This document shows, one piece after another, positions 9,649 to 19,976 of a stretch of 64,000 nt of DNA (the stretch's first letter is position 1; each line of letters begins with the position of its first letter). Location of the stretch: assembly GCA_963715295.1 (NCBI GenBank), contig CAVQRP010000007.1, positions 37,330-101,329 of the forward strand. The letters run 5' to 3'. Made by a program: the position numbers and the translations under genes. The DNA is from an uncultured Chloroflexia bacterium. Lineage in GTDB: Bacteria > Chloroflexota > Limnocylindria > Limnocylindrales > CSP1-4. The notes beneath the pieces were generated by a model, which ran no database searches, was not told the origin of the DNA, and worked only from the letters and a program-made list of their open reading frames with translations.

Positions 9649-10453
9649 TCACTCGGCGTCGAGCGGGGCCTCGTAGTCGAAGTCGGAGCGTCCGCGGCGC
9701 CAGTAGCCGGTGACCTTGACGGTGTCCGCCGTCAGGCCCGGCTTGTCCAGCAGCACCCGCCGCAGCTCGCGCATCGCCAGCGCCTCGCCGGCGGCCCAGG
9801 CCCAGGTGTCGTTGGCGTAGAGCTCAAGGGCCTGCACGGCTGGGACGAGCTGGTCGGCCTCGGGGTAGCCGCCCTCGGTCAGCCAGCGAACGGAGATGGG
9901 CTGGGCGCATCGCAGCTCGATGAGGTCGTCTTCGCTACCGGCAGCGATCACGACCTGCGCGGTCGCCCCTTCGGGCAGCACGGAGAGCCAGCGCGCGATC
10001 GCCGGCACCGCCGTGAGATCACCGGCGAGCAGGTAGTTGGGATAGCCGTCGGGCATGACCTTGGAGACTGAGCGGGCCGACGACACCGACGCGGTCCCCG
10101 GGCCGGGCGCTGGCGGCCCAGCCGGAAACGGGACCGCCTCCGTGGAGCAGGAAGCGGATATCCAGCTCCCCCGACACAGGGTCGAAGCGCCGCACCGTGT
10201 ACTCGCGCATGGGCGGTCGAGGCTCAGCCCAACGCAGGCGGCCGTCGACGACCTGCGGCAGGACGAGCTTCCCGCTGGTACCCGGGGGGATGATGCCGAC
10301 GTGGTCGGTCGGACTGGGCGTCTCGAAGCCTGCCAGGTCATCGCCGCCCAGCGTCACGAGCTGGTAGCGCGGCGCCGGCCGGGCGGTGCGCACCACCTCC
10401 AGCACGCGGACGTGCGCTGGGTGCTTGATCAGCTGGATGGAACGTGACGACAT
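9649..10453 (-). pseudogene. Siderophore-interacting protein (FAD-binding, ViuB/SIP family), one frameshift
   Basis: The N-terminal FAD-binding_9 half is in one frame (10019..10453) and the C-terminal NAD-binding half in another (9649..10120). Confidence 0.65.
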
Positions 10454-10527
10454 GAGCCCCTCCTCGTTCGGAAGCATAGCCACCACGGTGTAGGCTCGGG
10501 CTCCATCCAGCCTTTGAGGAGCGCACA

Positions 10528-10854
10528 GTGGCGACCGTCCGACCGACCATCCAGGACCTGCGCGAGCCCGTCGAGGTTCCGGCCGACGGCATCCTCAGCC
10601 GCGCCATCCACAACGACGACGATGCACGCGTCGTGCTGTTCTCCTTCGCCGCGGGCCAACAGCTCTCCGACCACACCGCGGCCGTTCCGGTCACGCTGGA
10701 GATCGTCGATGGCGAGGCCGACATCACGCTCGACGCCGAGTCGGTCGAGGGTCGGCCGGGGACCTGGATCCACCTGCCTGCAGACACGCCACACAGCGTC
10801 GTGGCCCGCACGCCCGTGACCATGCTGCTGACGTTGCTCAAGCGTGGACGCTGA
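10528..10854 (+). CDS. Cupin domain protein
   Basis: 108 aa with cupin_2 barrel motifs (LFSFAAGQQLSDHTA...GTWIHLPADTPH). GTG start. Confidence 0.7.
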   Translation: MATVRPTIQDLREPVEVPADGILSRAIHNDDDARVVLFSFAAGQQLSDHTAAVPVTLEIVDGEADITLDAESVEGRPGTWIHLPADTPHSVVARTPVTMLLTLLKRGR

Positions 10855-11347
10855 CGACATCCGGCGACTCCGCCGGGCGGTCCAGGTCGCCGGCCACGCT
10901 CGCGAAACGGGAAATCACCCCTTCGGTGCCGTGCTGGTCGGGGCCACCGGCGAGGTCCTGGCCGAGGCCGGCAATACGGTCGTGACCGAGCGCGACGTCA
11001 CCGGCCACGCCGAACTGAACCTGGTGCGGCTGGCGTCGCGCGCGTACCCCGACGATGTGCTCGCTGGTTGCACCCTCTACAGCAGCGCGGAGCCCTGCGC
11101 CATGTGCGCCGGCGCTATCTACTGGAGCGGTATCGGACGCGTGGTCTATGCCCTTGCTGAACACGACCTGCGCCGCATCACGGGAGCGGATGCGGAGAAC
11201 CCCACCATGAGCATGCCCGTCCGTGCGGTACTGGCGGCGGGACAACGCCCCATCGAGGTGGCTGGCCCGGCCCACCTGCCGGAGGCGACCGCCGTCCACG
11301 ACGGCTTCTGGGATCCCGAGCGCGAGGCCCGGAGCGGGGGGCGCTAG
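10844..11347 (+). CDS. Nucleoside deaminase (CMP/dCMP-type zinc deaminase; TadA/guanine-deaminase-like)
   Basis: HAELNLV ... SAEPCAMCAGAI zinc-binding motifs. GTG start overlaps the cupin gene end. Confidence 0.8.
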   Translation: MDADDIRRLRRAVQVAGHARETGNHPFGAVLVGATGEVLAEAGNTVVTERDVTGHAELNLVRLASRAYPDDVLAGCTLYSSAEPCAMCAGAIYWSGIGRVVYALAEHDLRRITGADAENPTMSMPVRAVLAAGQRPIEVAGPAHLPEATAVHDGFWDPEREARSGGR

Positions 11348-12585
11348 CCGTCGAAGGATGCGTTCGACAACGCTTCCACCAGCTGCCGGTCGGTTTCATC
11401 GATGACGCGGTCGGCGTTGAGGTCGAAGCCTACGGCCGATGCGGGCGATGCCGGCGCCAGACTACCTGAGGCGATCCGCTCGCTGATCGCCGCGGCGTCA
11501 TCGCCGTCTACGTCTCGGTCCCCGTCGATGTCGCCCAGGAGCGGCCCGGTCCATGGCTCATTGCGGACATACAGATAGGGCACGTGAAGCTCGCGTGGGG
11601 TGACGCTGTCGTATCGGACCACCACGCCGGTCGCGTTCAGGTTTCCGCCCAGGTCAACGAACGAGTCAACGCGAAGCAGCGCGCTGGGCCCGTAGGTACC
11701 CAGGAAGCTGAGGCCGGAGCCCGGTAGTGGACCGGCGCTGGTGATGGGCGAAACGACGCAGTCGTCATCAGTCGTCCCCGGCTCCGCGTCCGCTCCATAG
11801 CCGTCCCCGTTGGCTGCCGGGCAACGCCAGCCGGTGAGCACCACGTGCTGCCTCAGGCGCAGTACCTGCACATCCGGGAAGACCGACGAGTCGCCACCAT
11901 GGCGACGGCGCCAGTCGCGGGTGGCATCTCGCGGGCGTGGGCGAACCTCGACCGAGGTCGCGTGGTTCGCCGCGATGACCGTACCGTCCGGGTCCTTGCC
12001 CCAGAGCCCCTTGACACGGATCTCCATGCCGCCGATCTTCGGCTTCGCGGTCACCCGGACCCGATCTCCGCGCGGGGGCGAGATGAGATCGCGGTACTGC
12101 TCGGAATTGACCACCCAGCGCGGGTTCCACGCCGGGCGGCAGACCCCGCCGGAGCAGATCGACGCCGTCGCGGTGAGCGTCTGGCCGGGTAGCGCCAGCA
12201 CGGACTCGAAATCGACCACCGTCTCCGGTTGGTGAGGGAACCCGATGCGTGGCGGCGGCGGCGATACGGCAACCGACGGCGATACGGGAGTAGCCGATGC
12301 GGTCGACGTGACCGCAGCGGGGGCGACAGGCTCAGCCGGATCGCCGCTGCCAACCGAAGGCAGGAAGGTAGCGATAGCGACGAGGGCGAAAGCCAGGACA
12401 GCCAGGCTTGCAGCAACGAAGATCCCGGGCCTCGGCCATGACCCGCGCGTCGTCGGCCGATGTGGCGCCACAGGCGTACGCTTGATACTCGCGGCAACAT
12501 CGGCGTAGATGCCAACCGGGTCGGGCACGCCCGCAGCTGTCTGCTGCAGCCAGGCACGAACGATCGGTGTGACATCCTGGCTCAT
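11344..12585 (-). CDS. Putative anti-sigma factor / membrane protein with C-terminal dockerin-like repeats
   Basis: Start overlaps the ECF sigma stop (ATGA). Single TM; Pro-rich linker; C-terminal DIDGDRDVDGDDAAAIS...DLNADRVIDETD calcium-binding dockerin-type repeats. Confidence 0.6.
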   Translation of the reverse strand: MSQDVTPIVRAWLQQTAAGVPDPVGIYADVAASIKRTPVAPHRPTTRGSWPRPGIFVAASLAVLAFALVAIATFLPSVGSGDPAEPVAPAAVTSTASATPVSPSVAVSPPPPRIGFPHQPETVVDFESVLALPGQTLTATASICSGGVCRPAWNPRWVVNSEQYRDLISPPRGDRVRVTAKPKIGGMEIRVKGLWGKDPDGTVIAANHATSVEVRPRPRDATRDWRRRHGGDSSVFPDVQVLRLRQHVVLTGWRCPAANGDGYGADAEPGTTDDDCVVSPITSAGPLPGSGLSFLGTYGPSALLRVDSFVDLGGNLNATGVVVRYDSVTPRELHVPYLYVRNEPWTGPLLGDIDGDRDVDGDDAAAISERIASGSLAPASPASAVGFDLNADRVIDETDRQLVEALSNASFDG

Positions 12586-13142
12586 CCGCTCACCTCCGGT
12601 GCGGCGGAGCGGCGAAGGGGCCGCTCGGCTCTGATGGCAAGACGCAGCTTCTGCATGGCCCGGCCGAGCCTCGAATGGACCGTACCCTCGCGGATCCCAA
12701 GGGTACGGGCGACCTCCGGGATCGACAGCCCAGCGTAGTGGTGAAGCACCACGACAGCGCGCTGGTCGACCGACAGGCGCCGGAAGGCGCGTTCCAGCTC
12801 ATCACGGTCATGTACCGGCCCAAGGGCGTCTGCGGCCACGTCTTCGTGCTCACCGAACAGCTGTGGCAGCGTTCTTCTCGACCGGCGCGCCTCGGCATAG
12901 CAGGCGTGAACGACGATGCGGTACGCCCAGGCCTCGAACCGGGCCGGATCTCGCAGCGTCCGCAGCTGGCGCCAGATCTCGATGAGGGCCTGCTGCGTGG
13001 CGTCCTGCGCCAAGCCTCGATCGCGGAGGATGGAGAAGGCGACACGATTGAGACGCCCGCCCACGGCTACCGTCAGTCGGGCGAATGCATCCTCGTCCCC
13101 TCGCTGTGCCCGGATGACCAACTCTGGATCCATGCTCTCCAC
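12582..13142 (-). CDS. RNA polymerase sigma-70 factor, ECF subfamily
   Basis: Sigma-70 regions 2 and 4 (IEIWRQL..., SVDQRAVVVLHHYAGLSIPEVARTLGIREGTVHSRL). Confidence 0.85.
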   Translation of the reverse strand: MESMDPELVIRAQRGDEDAFARLTVAVGGRLNRVAFSILRDRGLAQDATQQALIEIWRQLRTLRDPARFEAWAYRIVVHACYAEARRSRRTLPQLFGEHEDVAADALGPVHDRDELERAFRRLSVDQRAVVVLHHYAGLSIPEVARTLGIREGTVHSRLGRAMQKLRLAIRAERPLRRSAAPEVSG

Positions 13143-13220
13143 ACATCGGACGCCCGTGGGTCGGGCACCTTCAATGGTACGAGGGCGTTCAGCCCCCGAA
13201 CCTGTCCCGCGATTCGCGAT

Positions 13221-14447
13221 CTAGAGCGCGGCGTAGTCGACAGGCGGCTCGATCCGCGGCAGATCGGCCGCCATGGCCTCCACGTACTTCTGGGCCGCAC
13301 CGGTGTTGAAGAGGACGACCTGCTCAGCCGGGCCGACCTCGCCACTCCCGACCAGCCGCTCGAGCACGTCAAGACAGGCGGCGGCCTCGGGGCAGAGCGC
13401 GATGCCTTCCAGGCGATCGGCAAGCCGCATCCAGCCCACGATCCGGTCCTCCCTGGCCGCCAGCGCCGCACCGCCTGATTCGCGGACCGCGTCGAGGATC
13501 ATGAAGTCCCCGACCGCCGCCGGCACCCGGATGCCGCTGGCCACGGTGTAGGCGTCGACGGCGGGGTCGGCAAACCGCTTGCCGGCGCTCCAGGCGTCGG
13601 CGATGGGCGCACAACCGTCCGACTGGCAGGCATAGAAGCGGGGCTTGCCCGGTGCATCCAGCCAGCCCAGCGCGTCGAGCTCGCGGAAGGCCTTCCACAT
13701 GCCGATGAGCCCGGTGCCGCCGCCGGTCGGATAGAGGATGACGTCGGGCAGATGCCAGTCGAGCTGGTCCGCCAGCTCCAGGCCCATCGTCTTCTTGCCC
13801 TCGATGCGATAGGGCTCCTTGAGCGTGCTCATGTCGAACCAGCGCATAGCCTGCACGCCATCGCGGACGATGGCGCCACAGTCGTTGATGAGGCCATCCA
13901 CGAGATAGGTGTGTGCGCCGTAGAGCGCGGCCTCGTAACGGTTGACCAGGGGTGTGTCGGACGGCATGAAGACCCAGGCTTCCATGCCGGCCCGCGCGGC
14001 GTAGGCGGAGAGTGCACCCCCGGCGTTGCCCGCGGTGGGGGCCGCGACCCGGTCGATGCCCAGCTCGTGGGCCATGGAGACGGCCATGGCCATGCCACGC
14101 GCCTTGAAGGAGCCGGTCGGCAGACGCGATTCGTCCTTGATGCGCAGGTTGGCGAGGCCCAGCTGGGCGCCGAGGCGAGGGGCATCCAGCAGCGGCGTCA
14201 TGGTCTCGTCGAGCGAGATGCGATGGGCCTGGTCGGCCAGTGGCAGGAGCTCGGCGTAGCGCCACATGTCGGCCGGGCGCTCGCGCAGGGCATCGCGGTC
14301 GACCGAGGCGCGAATGGCATCGAGGTCATAACGCACCCACAGCGGGCGACCGGCATGCGTCGTCTGTACCACCCCCGCGGGCAGCTGCGTGCCGTCGATG
14401 GCGGACTCGAGGTGGCTGACGAAGCAGCGCGAGTCGTTGGTCAGCAT
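13221..14447 (-). CDS. thrC: Threonine synthase (PLP fold-type II)
   Basis: PTGSFKARGMA PLP-lysine motif, MWRYAELLP N-terminal motif, and a Gly-rich loop TGGGTGLIG. The ATG at 14447 is preferred over the longer ORF. Confidence 0.8.
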   Translation of the reverse strand: MLTNDSRCFVSHLESAIDGTQLPAGVVQTTHAGRPLWVRYDLDAIRASVDRDALRERPADMWRYAELLPLADQAHRISLDETMTPLLDAPRLGAQLGLANLRIKDESRLPTGSFKARGMAMAVSMAHELGIDRVAAPTAGNAGGALSAYAARAGMEAWVFMPSDTPLVNRYEAALYGAHTYLVDGLINDCGAIVRDGVQAMRWFDMSTLKEPYRIEGKKTMGLELADQLDWHLPDVILYPTGGGTGLIGMWKAFRELDALGWLDAPGKPRFYACQSDGCAPIADAWSAGKRFADPAVDAYTVASGIRVPAAVGDFMILDAVRESGGAALAAREDRIVGWMRLADRLEGIALCPEAAACLDVLERLVGSGEVGPAEQVVLFNTGAAQKYVEAMAADLPRIEPPVDYAAL

Positions 14448-14617
14448 CTCACCCAGTATCGCCCCCAGCCCGCCTGACCGACCGGCGCCCTCGCGGCAGC
14501 ATGGAGTCTGAATGTCCCGTCGCAGCGTGGCCGGCGGCCCTCGCGGCGGGCAGCGGTATGGCCTCACGCTTGCGGTCCACCCCTGGGCTGCAAGGAATGC
14601 GTCGGAACGTGAGACAG

Positions 14618-15835
14618 ATGGCCATGTCACTGCGCCGCCATCCAGTCCTGGCCGCGCTGCAGCTCGTGGTCGGGGTGGATCTCGTGGTCCTGGCCATCAC
14701 CTCCGACGTCAGCACCGCGGCGCGGCTCGTGGGTGCTGCGGTCGCCATCGCCCTGACCGCCGTCCTCGTCGCGCTCGTGGCCAACGAACGGCCGGTACGC
14801 CGGGGCTCGGCGGCCCTCGTCGGCGGCCTCATCGGCTTCAGCCTCGGTGCCGGCATCGGACCGGTGTGGCTGACCACGACGGGTCTATCGATCGTGGCTA
14901 TCGCCTCGACGGCGGCACTCGTGGCAGGGCTGGCGCTCCTTGTCGCGGCCGGATGGATCCTTATCCGGGCGACCCCACGCTGGTGGCGCCTGGCCGCGCT
15001 GCCGGTCGCCTTCGTGCTGCTCCAGTTCGTGGTCATCCCGCTCGCCGGTGCTGCCTATGGCACGCACCCACCGCAGACACCGGTGGAAGAGCCCAAGCCC
15101 CCGGCCGCCAGCCTGGTCACCTTCGACACTGCCGACGGAGTCGCCTTGGGGGCCTGGTTCACGCCGGGCGACAACGGCGCCACCATCATCCTGCTCCCCG
15201 GGTCAGGCGGGGCGAAGGGGTCGACGGTCGAACACGCGGCCCGCCTCAACGAGCACGGCTACGCGACGCTGGCGCTGGATTCCCGCGGGACAGGCGACAG
15301 TGGCGGGATCGGCAACGCCTGGGGCTGGCACGGCGTGACCGACGTGGCCGCTGCGCTCTCGTGGCTCCACGCCCGGCCGGAGGTCGATCCCCAGCGCATC
15401 GGCGTCCTCGGCCTCTCGATGGGCGGCGAGGTAGCCATCACCGCGGCCGCCACCGACGAGCGTCTGCAGGCCGTGGTGGCCGAGGGCGTGAGCGCACGTG
15501 TCCCCGCCGACATGGGCTATCTGCCGAACGACGTGACCGGCATCATCCAACGCTGGGATGGCGAGCTGATGTGGGCGCTGGCGGGTGTCATGACATCGGC
15601 GTCTCCCCCCATCCCCCTGAGCGAGGCCGTGGCCCTCGCGACTCGCGTTCCGGTGCTGCTCATCGTTGGCAGTGCCGCGGATGAGGCAGCGGCCGCTCCC
15701 CGGTTCGAGCGCGCCGCTCCCGCGCTGGAGACCTGGAAGCTCGCAGATACACCGCACATCCAGTCGCTGGCCCTCCACCCCGACGAGTGGGATGAGCGGG
15801 TCGTCGGCTTCCTGGACGAAGCCCTGGGCACCTGA
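14618..15835 (+). CDS. Membrane-anchored alpha/beta hydrolase
   Basis: About 5 N-terminal TM helices, then an alpha/beta hydrolase fold with GLSMGG nucleophile elbow. Confidence 0.7.
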   Translation: MAMSLRRHPVLAALQLVVGVDLVVLAITSDVSTAARLVGAAVAIALTAVLVALVANERPVRRGSAALVGGLIGFSLGAGIGPVWLTTTGLSIVAIASTAALVAGLALLVAAGWILIRATPRWWRLAALPVAFVLLQFVVIPLAGAAYGTHPPQTPVEEPKPPAASLVTFDTADGVALGAWFTPGDNGATIILLPGSGGAKGSTVEHAARLNEHGYATLALDSRGTGDSGGIGNAWGWHGVTDVAAALSWLHARPEVDPQRIGVLGLSMGGEVAITAAATDERLQAVVAEGVSARVPADMGYLPNDVTGIIQRWDGELMWALAGVMTSASPPIPLSEAVALATRVPVLLIVGSAADEAAAAPRFERAAPALETWKLADTPHIQSLALHPDEWDERVVGFLDEALGT

Positions 15836-15874
15836 AACCGGGGCCTCGCGGCGAGGCAGGGCGCGTGGACCGGC

Positions 15875-16885
15875 TCAGCCGGGACCCGCTGCCAGCGGGT
15901 CGCCGCTCGAGCGGCGGATGACGAGCTCGGTCGGCAGCACGACCTCTCGTGTCTCACCGTTGGGGTCGGCGGTTCGCTCCAGCAGGAGGGCCACGGCACG
16001 GCGGCCGATCTCGACCGCCGGTTGCGCCGCCACCGTCAGGAACGGGAAGGTGACCATCGCCTGTGGCAGGTCGTCGAAGCCCACCACCGCCACATCATCG
16101 GGCACGCGCAGCCCCAGCTCTTCGAGAGCGTGCAGGACGCCGATGGCGATGAAGTTATTGGCTGCGAAGATCGCTGTCGGGCGCGGCTCGGCCTCCATCA
16201 GCGCCAGTGTCATCTCGTGCCCGCTGTCGATGGTGAACGCCCCCTGTCGCACCTGCGGGGCCGGCAGCCTGGCCTCCGCGAGCGCACGGCTGAACCCGAC
16301 CAGGCGGTCCGTCGCAGTCGGGACCGAGGAGGGACCGGTGAGCGCCGCCATGCGACGGTGACCCAGCGCGGCAAGCAGGCGCCCCAGGCCCAGGGCACCG
16401 GCCTCCGAGTCGGCCCGCACCACGTCCACACCGGCCGTTTCCGGTCGACGGTCGACGACGACGAGCGGCACCCCTTGTTCGCGGCACAACGCGGCAGCGT
16501 CGGCGCAGCTGCCTGCCGGGATGAGGAGCAGGCCGTCGATCTGGCGCTGAAGCAGTGTGCGCACGAGCCGGCGTTCTTCGTCTTCGCGCTGGTCGGTGTT
16601 GGCCAGCAGCAGCGAGATGCCCGCCTCGCGCGCAGCCGTCTCCACCCCCTGGGCCAACAGCGTGAAGAAGGGGTTGGTCATATCCGGCATCAGCAGCGCG
16701 ATGGTGTCGGTGCGCCTGGCACGGAGGTTCCGCGCCACGGTATTGGGCACGTAGCCCGTGACGGCCAACGCCTCCACGACACGGGCCCGCGTGGCGGCGC
16801 TGACGGGTCCGGAGTCGTTCACCACCCGCGACACCGTCATGGGTGAGACCCCGGCACGTTTGGCGACGTCGAGCAGCGTGGGCAC
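15875..16885 (-). CDS. LacI family transcriptional regulator
   Basis: N-terminal HTH MPTLLDVAKRAGVSPMTVSRVVN plus a periplasmic-binding-fold effector domain. Last gene of the sugar-nucleotide operon. Confidence 0.9.
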   Translation of the reverse strand: MPTLLDVAKRAGVSPMTVSRVVNDSGPVSAATRARVVEALAVTGYVPNTVARNLRARRTDTIALLMPDMTNPFFTLLAQGVETAAREAGISLLLANTDQREDEERRLVRTLLQRQIDGLLLIPAGSCADAAALCREQGVPLVVVDRRPETAGVDVVRADSEAGALGLGRLLAALGHRRMAALTGPSSVPTATDRLVGFSRALAEARLPAPQVRQGAFTIDSGHEMTLALMEAEPRPTAIFAANNFIAIGVLHALEELGLRVPDDVAVVGFDDLPQAMVTFPFLTVAAQPAVEIGRRAVALLLERTADPNGETREVVLPTELVIRRSSGDPLAAGPG

Positions 16886-16912
16886 GGCCGTTACCGTCGC
16901 AGATCGGGCACG

Positions 16913-17731
16913 TCAGAACCCGCGCAGGTCGGTGCTGGAGCGGGCCGGCAGGCCCGCGTGTGGGATGCGCCGGAGGACCACGTACTCGATGCCATGGTCG
17001 ACGCAGAACTCGCGCTTCTCAGGCTTGTCGCCATCCTCGTTGACGACGTAGTAGCGGGGTCGGATGTGGTCGATCTCGGGTTCCGCGTCCATCCAACCGG
17101 AACCGGACGATACGAGGCAGGTATGCACCGCGCGCATCGACCCGATCATGTAACGGCGCTCTTCTTCGCGCTGCAGGGGGTGGCCCTCCCCTTTGAGCAG
17201 CGCCACGTTGTGATCGCTTCCGACCACCGCGTACAGCGCTCCGTAGGCGGCAGCATCCATGAAGAAGCGGACGTGGCCCGAGTGCAGCCAGTCGAAGCAG
17301 CCGGTGACGACGACGCGCGGCTCACCAGCCGGCGGCGGAGGCGGGTCCCAGATCGGGAACCCCGCACGCTCGGCCGGACCGACGGTCTGGCAGGGCAGGC
17401 CTGCGGCCACGGCGGCGTCACGGACAGCCGTCTCCGCATCCTCTTCACGCACCACGAGCGTGGTGTGTTCAGCCGCCAGGGTGGCGAGATCTGCGGCCAC
17501 GGGCCGCTCGACGATGGCCGCGCCGGTCACCCAGCGGATCGATCGGGCCAGGAACAGGCGCTCGGCGGCTGGGAACGTGGGCCTCGATCCGGTGAGCTCG
17601 GCGACCAGGTCGTCGGACGGGACCCGGACCTGCAGCGGCCCGTGACGGGACGCCGCCTGCAGGAAGCGCACATCGTCGGATCGAAGATCGTCGAGCGTGG
17701 CCTCCACGACGGCCGTGGGCCGGGTGGTCAT
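16913..17731 (-). CDS. Cytidylyl/adenylyltransferase-like nucleotidyltransferase (RfaE-domain-II/TagD-like) with N-terminal extension
   Basis: HxGH motif VVTGCFDWLHSGHVRFF and VGSDHNV...KGE. Overlaps the GHMP kinase stop. Confidence 0.65.
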   Translation of the reverse strand: MTTRPTAVVEATLDDLRSDDVRFLQAASRHGPLQVRVPSDDLVAELTGSRPTFPAAERLFLARSIRWVTGAAIVERPVAADLATLAAEHTTLVVREEDAETAVRDAAVAAGLPCQTVGPAERAGFPIWDPPPPPAGEPRVVVTGCFDWLHSGHVRFFMDAAAYGALYAVVGSDHNVALLKGEGHPLQREEERRYMIGSMRAVHTCLVSSGSGWMDAEPEIDHIRPRYYVVNEDGDKPEKREFCVDHGIEYVVLRRIPHAGLPARSSTDLRGF

Positions 17732-18530
17732 ACGCGAATGGAGATGGAGGTCGAGCCGGGCGGCGGGTCCTCGGACACGACGATGACGTAGCCGCCGCCA
17801 CAGCCGGAGAACATCGCGCCACGGTAGGCGGCGGCGTAGCCTGCCAAGAGGCCCCGCAGGTCCACGCTGATGGCGGGATGCTCATAGACCTGGGGCAGGA
17901 TGGCGCCCCAGGCACGCGAGCACTCGTTGAGCGACGTACCGAGCGCATCAACGTCCATCGCCACGATGGCCTCGTAGCAGTCGCGCCCACTGGCACCCAG
18001 TCGCGCGATCCAGGCGGGGTCGAGATGCTTCACACCCAGTGGGTCGTAGCCGGCGGGTCGCCCTCCGACGGGCAGCAGGTGGATGACGCGTTCGAGCCAC
18101 TCGACGACGGCAGGGTCGGAGGTGGACTCCACGTGTGACGGAAACCAGCCGCCCTCCACGCCGGCGTCGTAGTCGAGCCGGTTGACGCCGGGATAGATCA
18201 TCCCGCACATGTCCTGCGAACCGGACGGGTCGGTCCGACCCTCGTTCTCGGCACGGTAGAGCTCGCGCACGAGGTCGGCCGGCGGCCGATCGGGCAGTGT
18301 GTCCCCCCACAGCCTCATGGCCACCTTGCGCGTGCCGGTGGCCATGCCGCAGCGGTCCATGAAGCGGCACGGTCGGGCAGCAGCGAACCACCACCATCGA
18401 GCCCGGCGGCTCCGGGTTGTGCCGGGACACGAACGGCTGGTCGATCCAGCCGCCGCCAGCTGCAGGCGGTACGGGAGCCGCCGATCGTGTCCTGTAGTGG
18501 CGAGCGCGCCGTGCCGGCTCCGCCGGTCAT
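17728..18530 (-). pseudogene. GHMP family sugar kinase, frameshifted
   Basis: C-terminal GHMP domain GAMFSGCGGGYVIVVS is in frame. The N-terminus (MTGGAGTARSPLQDTIGG...) is in another frame, with the frameshift near 18370. Confidence 0.6.
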
Positions 18531-18535
18531 CGGAT

Positions 18536-19595
18536 CTAGCCCTCGACGACGCGCTTGCCGGCCTTGCGATCGGCATACTGCTGCTCGATCCAGGCGTAGG
18601 TCTCGGCCAGGCCCTCGCGGAGCGGCGTGCTGGGCTCCCAGCCCAGGACCTGCTGGATGAAGGTGTTGTCGCTGTTGCGGCCGGCCACACCCTGGGGCGC
18701 GTCGAGGTCGTACTCGCGCTCGAGCTTCACGCCGGCGATCTCCTCGACGATCGCTGACCAGGTCGTTGATCGAGACCAGCTCGCTCGAGCCCAGGTTGAT
18801 GGGCGTGGCGATCAGGTCGTCGCAGTGCATGATCATGTCGATGCCCTTGACGCAGTCGTCGATGTACATGAAGCTGCGGGTCTGGTCGCCGTCGCCCCAG
18901 ATGTCGATGCGCATGTCGCCGGTGTCCTTGGCCTCGATCACCTTGCGGCAGATGGCGGCCGGCGCCTTCTCGCGGCCGCCGTCCCAGGTGCCGATGCGGA
19001 CCGTAGACGTTGTGGAAGCGGGCGATGGCGGTCTTCAGCCGCGCTCGGCCCAGTACTCCTGGCAGAACATCTCGCGACATCAGCTTCTCCCAGCCGTAGC
19101 CGCGCTCGGCCATGGCCGGGTAGGCATCGGATTCCTTGAGCGCGCGGACGTCGGGGTCCTTCTGCAGGTCGGTGTTGTAGGCGCAGGCCGACGAGGAGAA
19201 GAAGTAGCGCTGGGCGCCGGCCCGGTAGGCGGCCTCGATCATGTGGGTGTTGATGAGGATGCTGCGCAGGCACTCGACGCGGAAGTGCTCGATGAAGCCC
19301 ATGCCGCCCATGTCGGCCGCCAGGTTGTAGACCTCCACCGCGCCCTCGCACGGCCTCGATGGCAGTTGGCCTCCTCGCTCAGGTCCAGGCAGAGGCTCTC
19401 CACGCCGGGCACGCGCTGATACCACTCGGGCAGCGGCTTCTTGTCGATGGCGCGGATGTTGGTGAAGCCCTGCTCGTGGAAGTAGCGCGTCAGCGCCCCG
19501 GCGATGAAGCCGCCCGCGCCGGCGATGACGATCAGGTCGTCCTTGTTGAGGCCCCGCTTGACGTCGCTACCGGGGATGGTGTCGGTGAACTCCAT
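18536..19595 (-). pseudogene. GDP-mannose 3,5-epimerase (GME, extended SDR), at least 3 frameshifts
   Basis: Near-colinear match to plant GME motifs: IAGAGGFIAGAL, NLAADMGGMGFI, FFSSSACAYN, LKESDAYPA..YGWEKL, RFHNVYGP, IWGDGDQTRSFMYIDDCVKG, INLGSSELVSINDL, GVAGRNSDN..LGW. Spread over four ORF frames. Confidence 0.7.
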
Positions 19596-19715
19596 GGCGT
19601 GCGATGTACCTCTCTCTGTGCGGGACCGACCGGTCCGGGCTGTGGCTTGGAGGTTGGCTGGTGCGCTCGTGTGGGCGAAGCGCACGTAGGCGTGGGGTGG
19701 CATTCGATCAGGTCA

Positions 19716-19733
19716 GGTGGTAACGCTACCACT
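19716..19733. promoter_or_regulatory. LacI/GalR-type operator palindrome GGTGGTAACGCTACCACT (16/18 symmetric, central CG)
   Basis: Fits the TGnnAnCGnTnnCA operator consensus. An extra half-site GTTATCACC sits at 19749-19757. About 120 bp upstream of the GME operon start. Confidence 0.45.
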
Positions 19734-19976
19734 CTGGTCGCTGTTAAGGTTATCACCGCCTGTCAAGGGCTGCCGAGGCCACCCGTCGTCGACCCACTGG
19801 ACCGCGAGGCAGACTCCTGTCACAGCGGACCTCGCGGTGGCGGGGCAGGCAGACTGGGGACATGCTCAGGCCCGTCAGTGTCCGTTACGTACGTGACAGT
19901 CGAACGCCACGTCGACGCTGCGGTCCATCGTCGTTTGGCCCTGCCAACCGCAATACCATCGAAGAGGAGCCGGCTG

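Noticed and set aside
19880-19905. Near-palindrome GTTACGTACGTGAC (perfect ACGTACGT core) upstream of the ybaK-like gene
   Set aside because: An 8-bp self-complementary core is expected by chance at this length. No second copy or flanking symmetry. Noted only as a weak candidate site.
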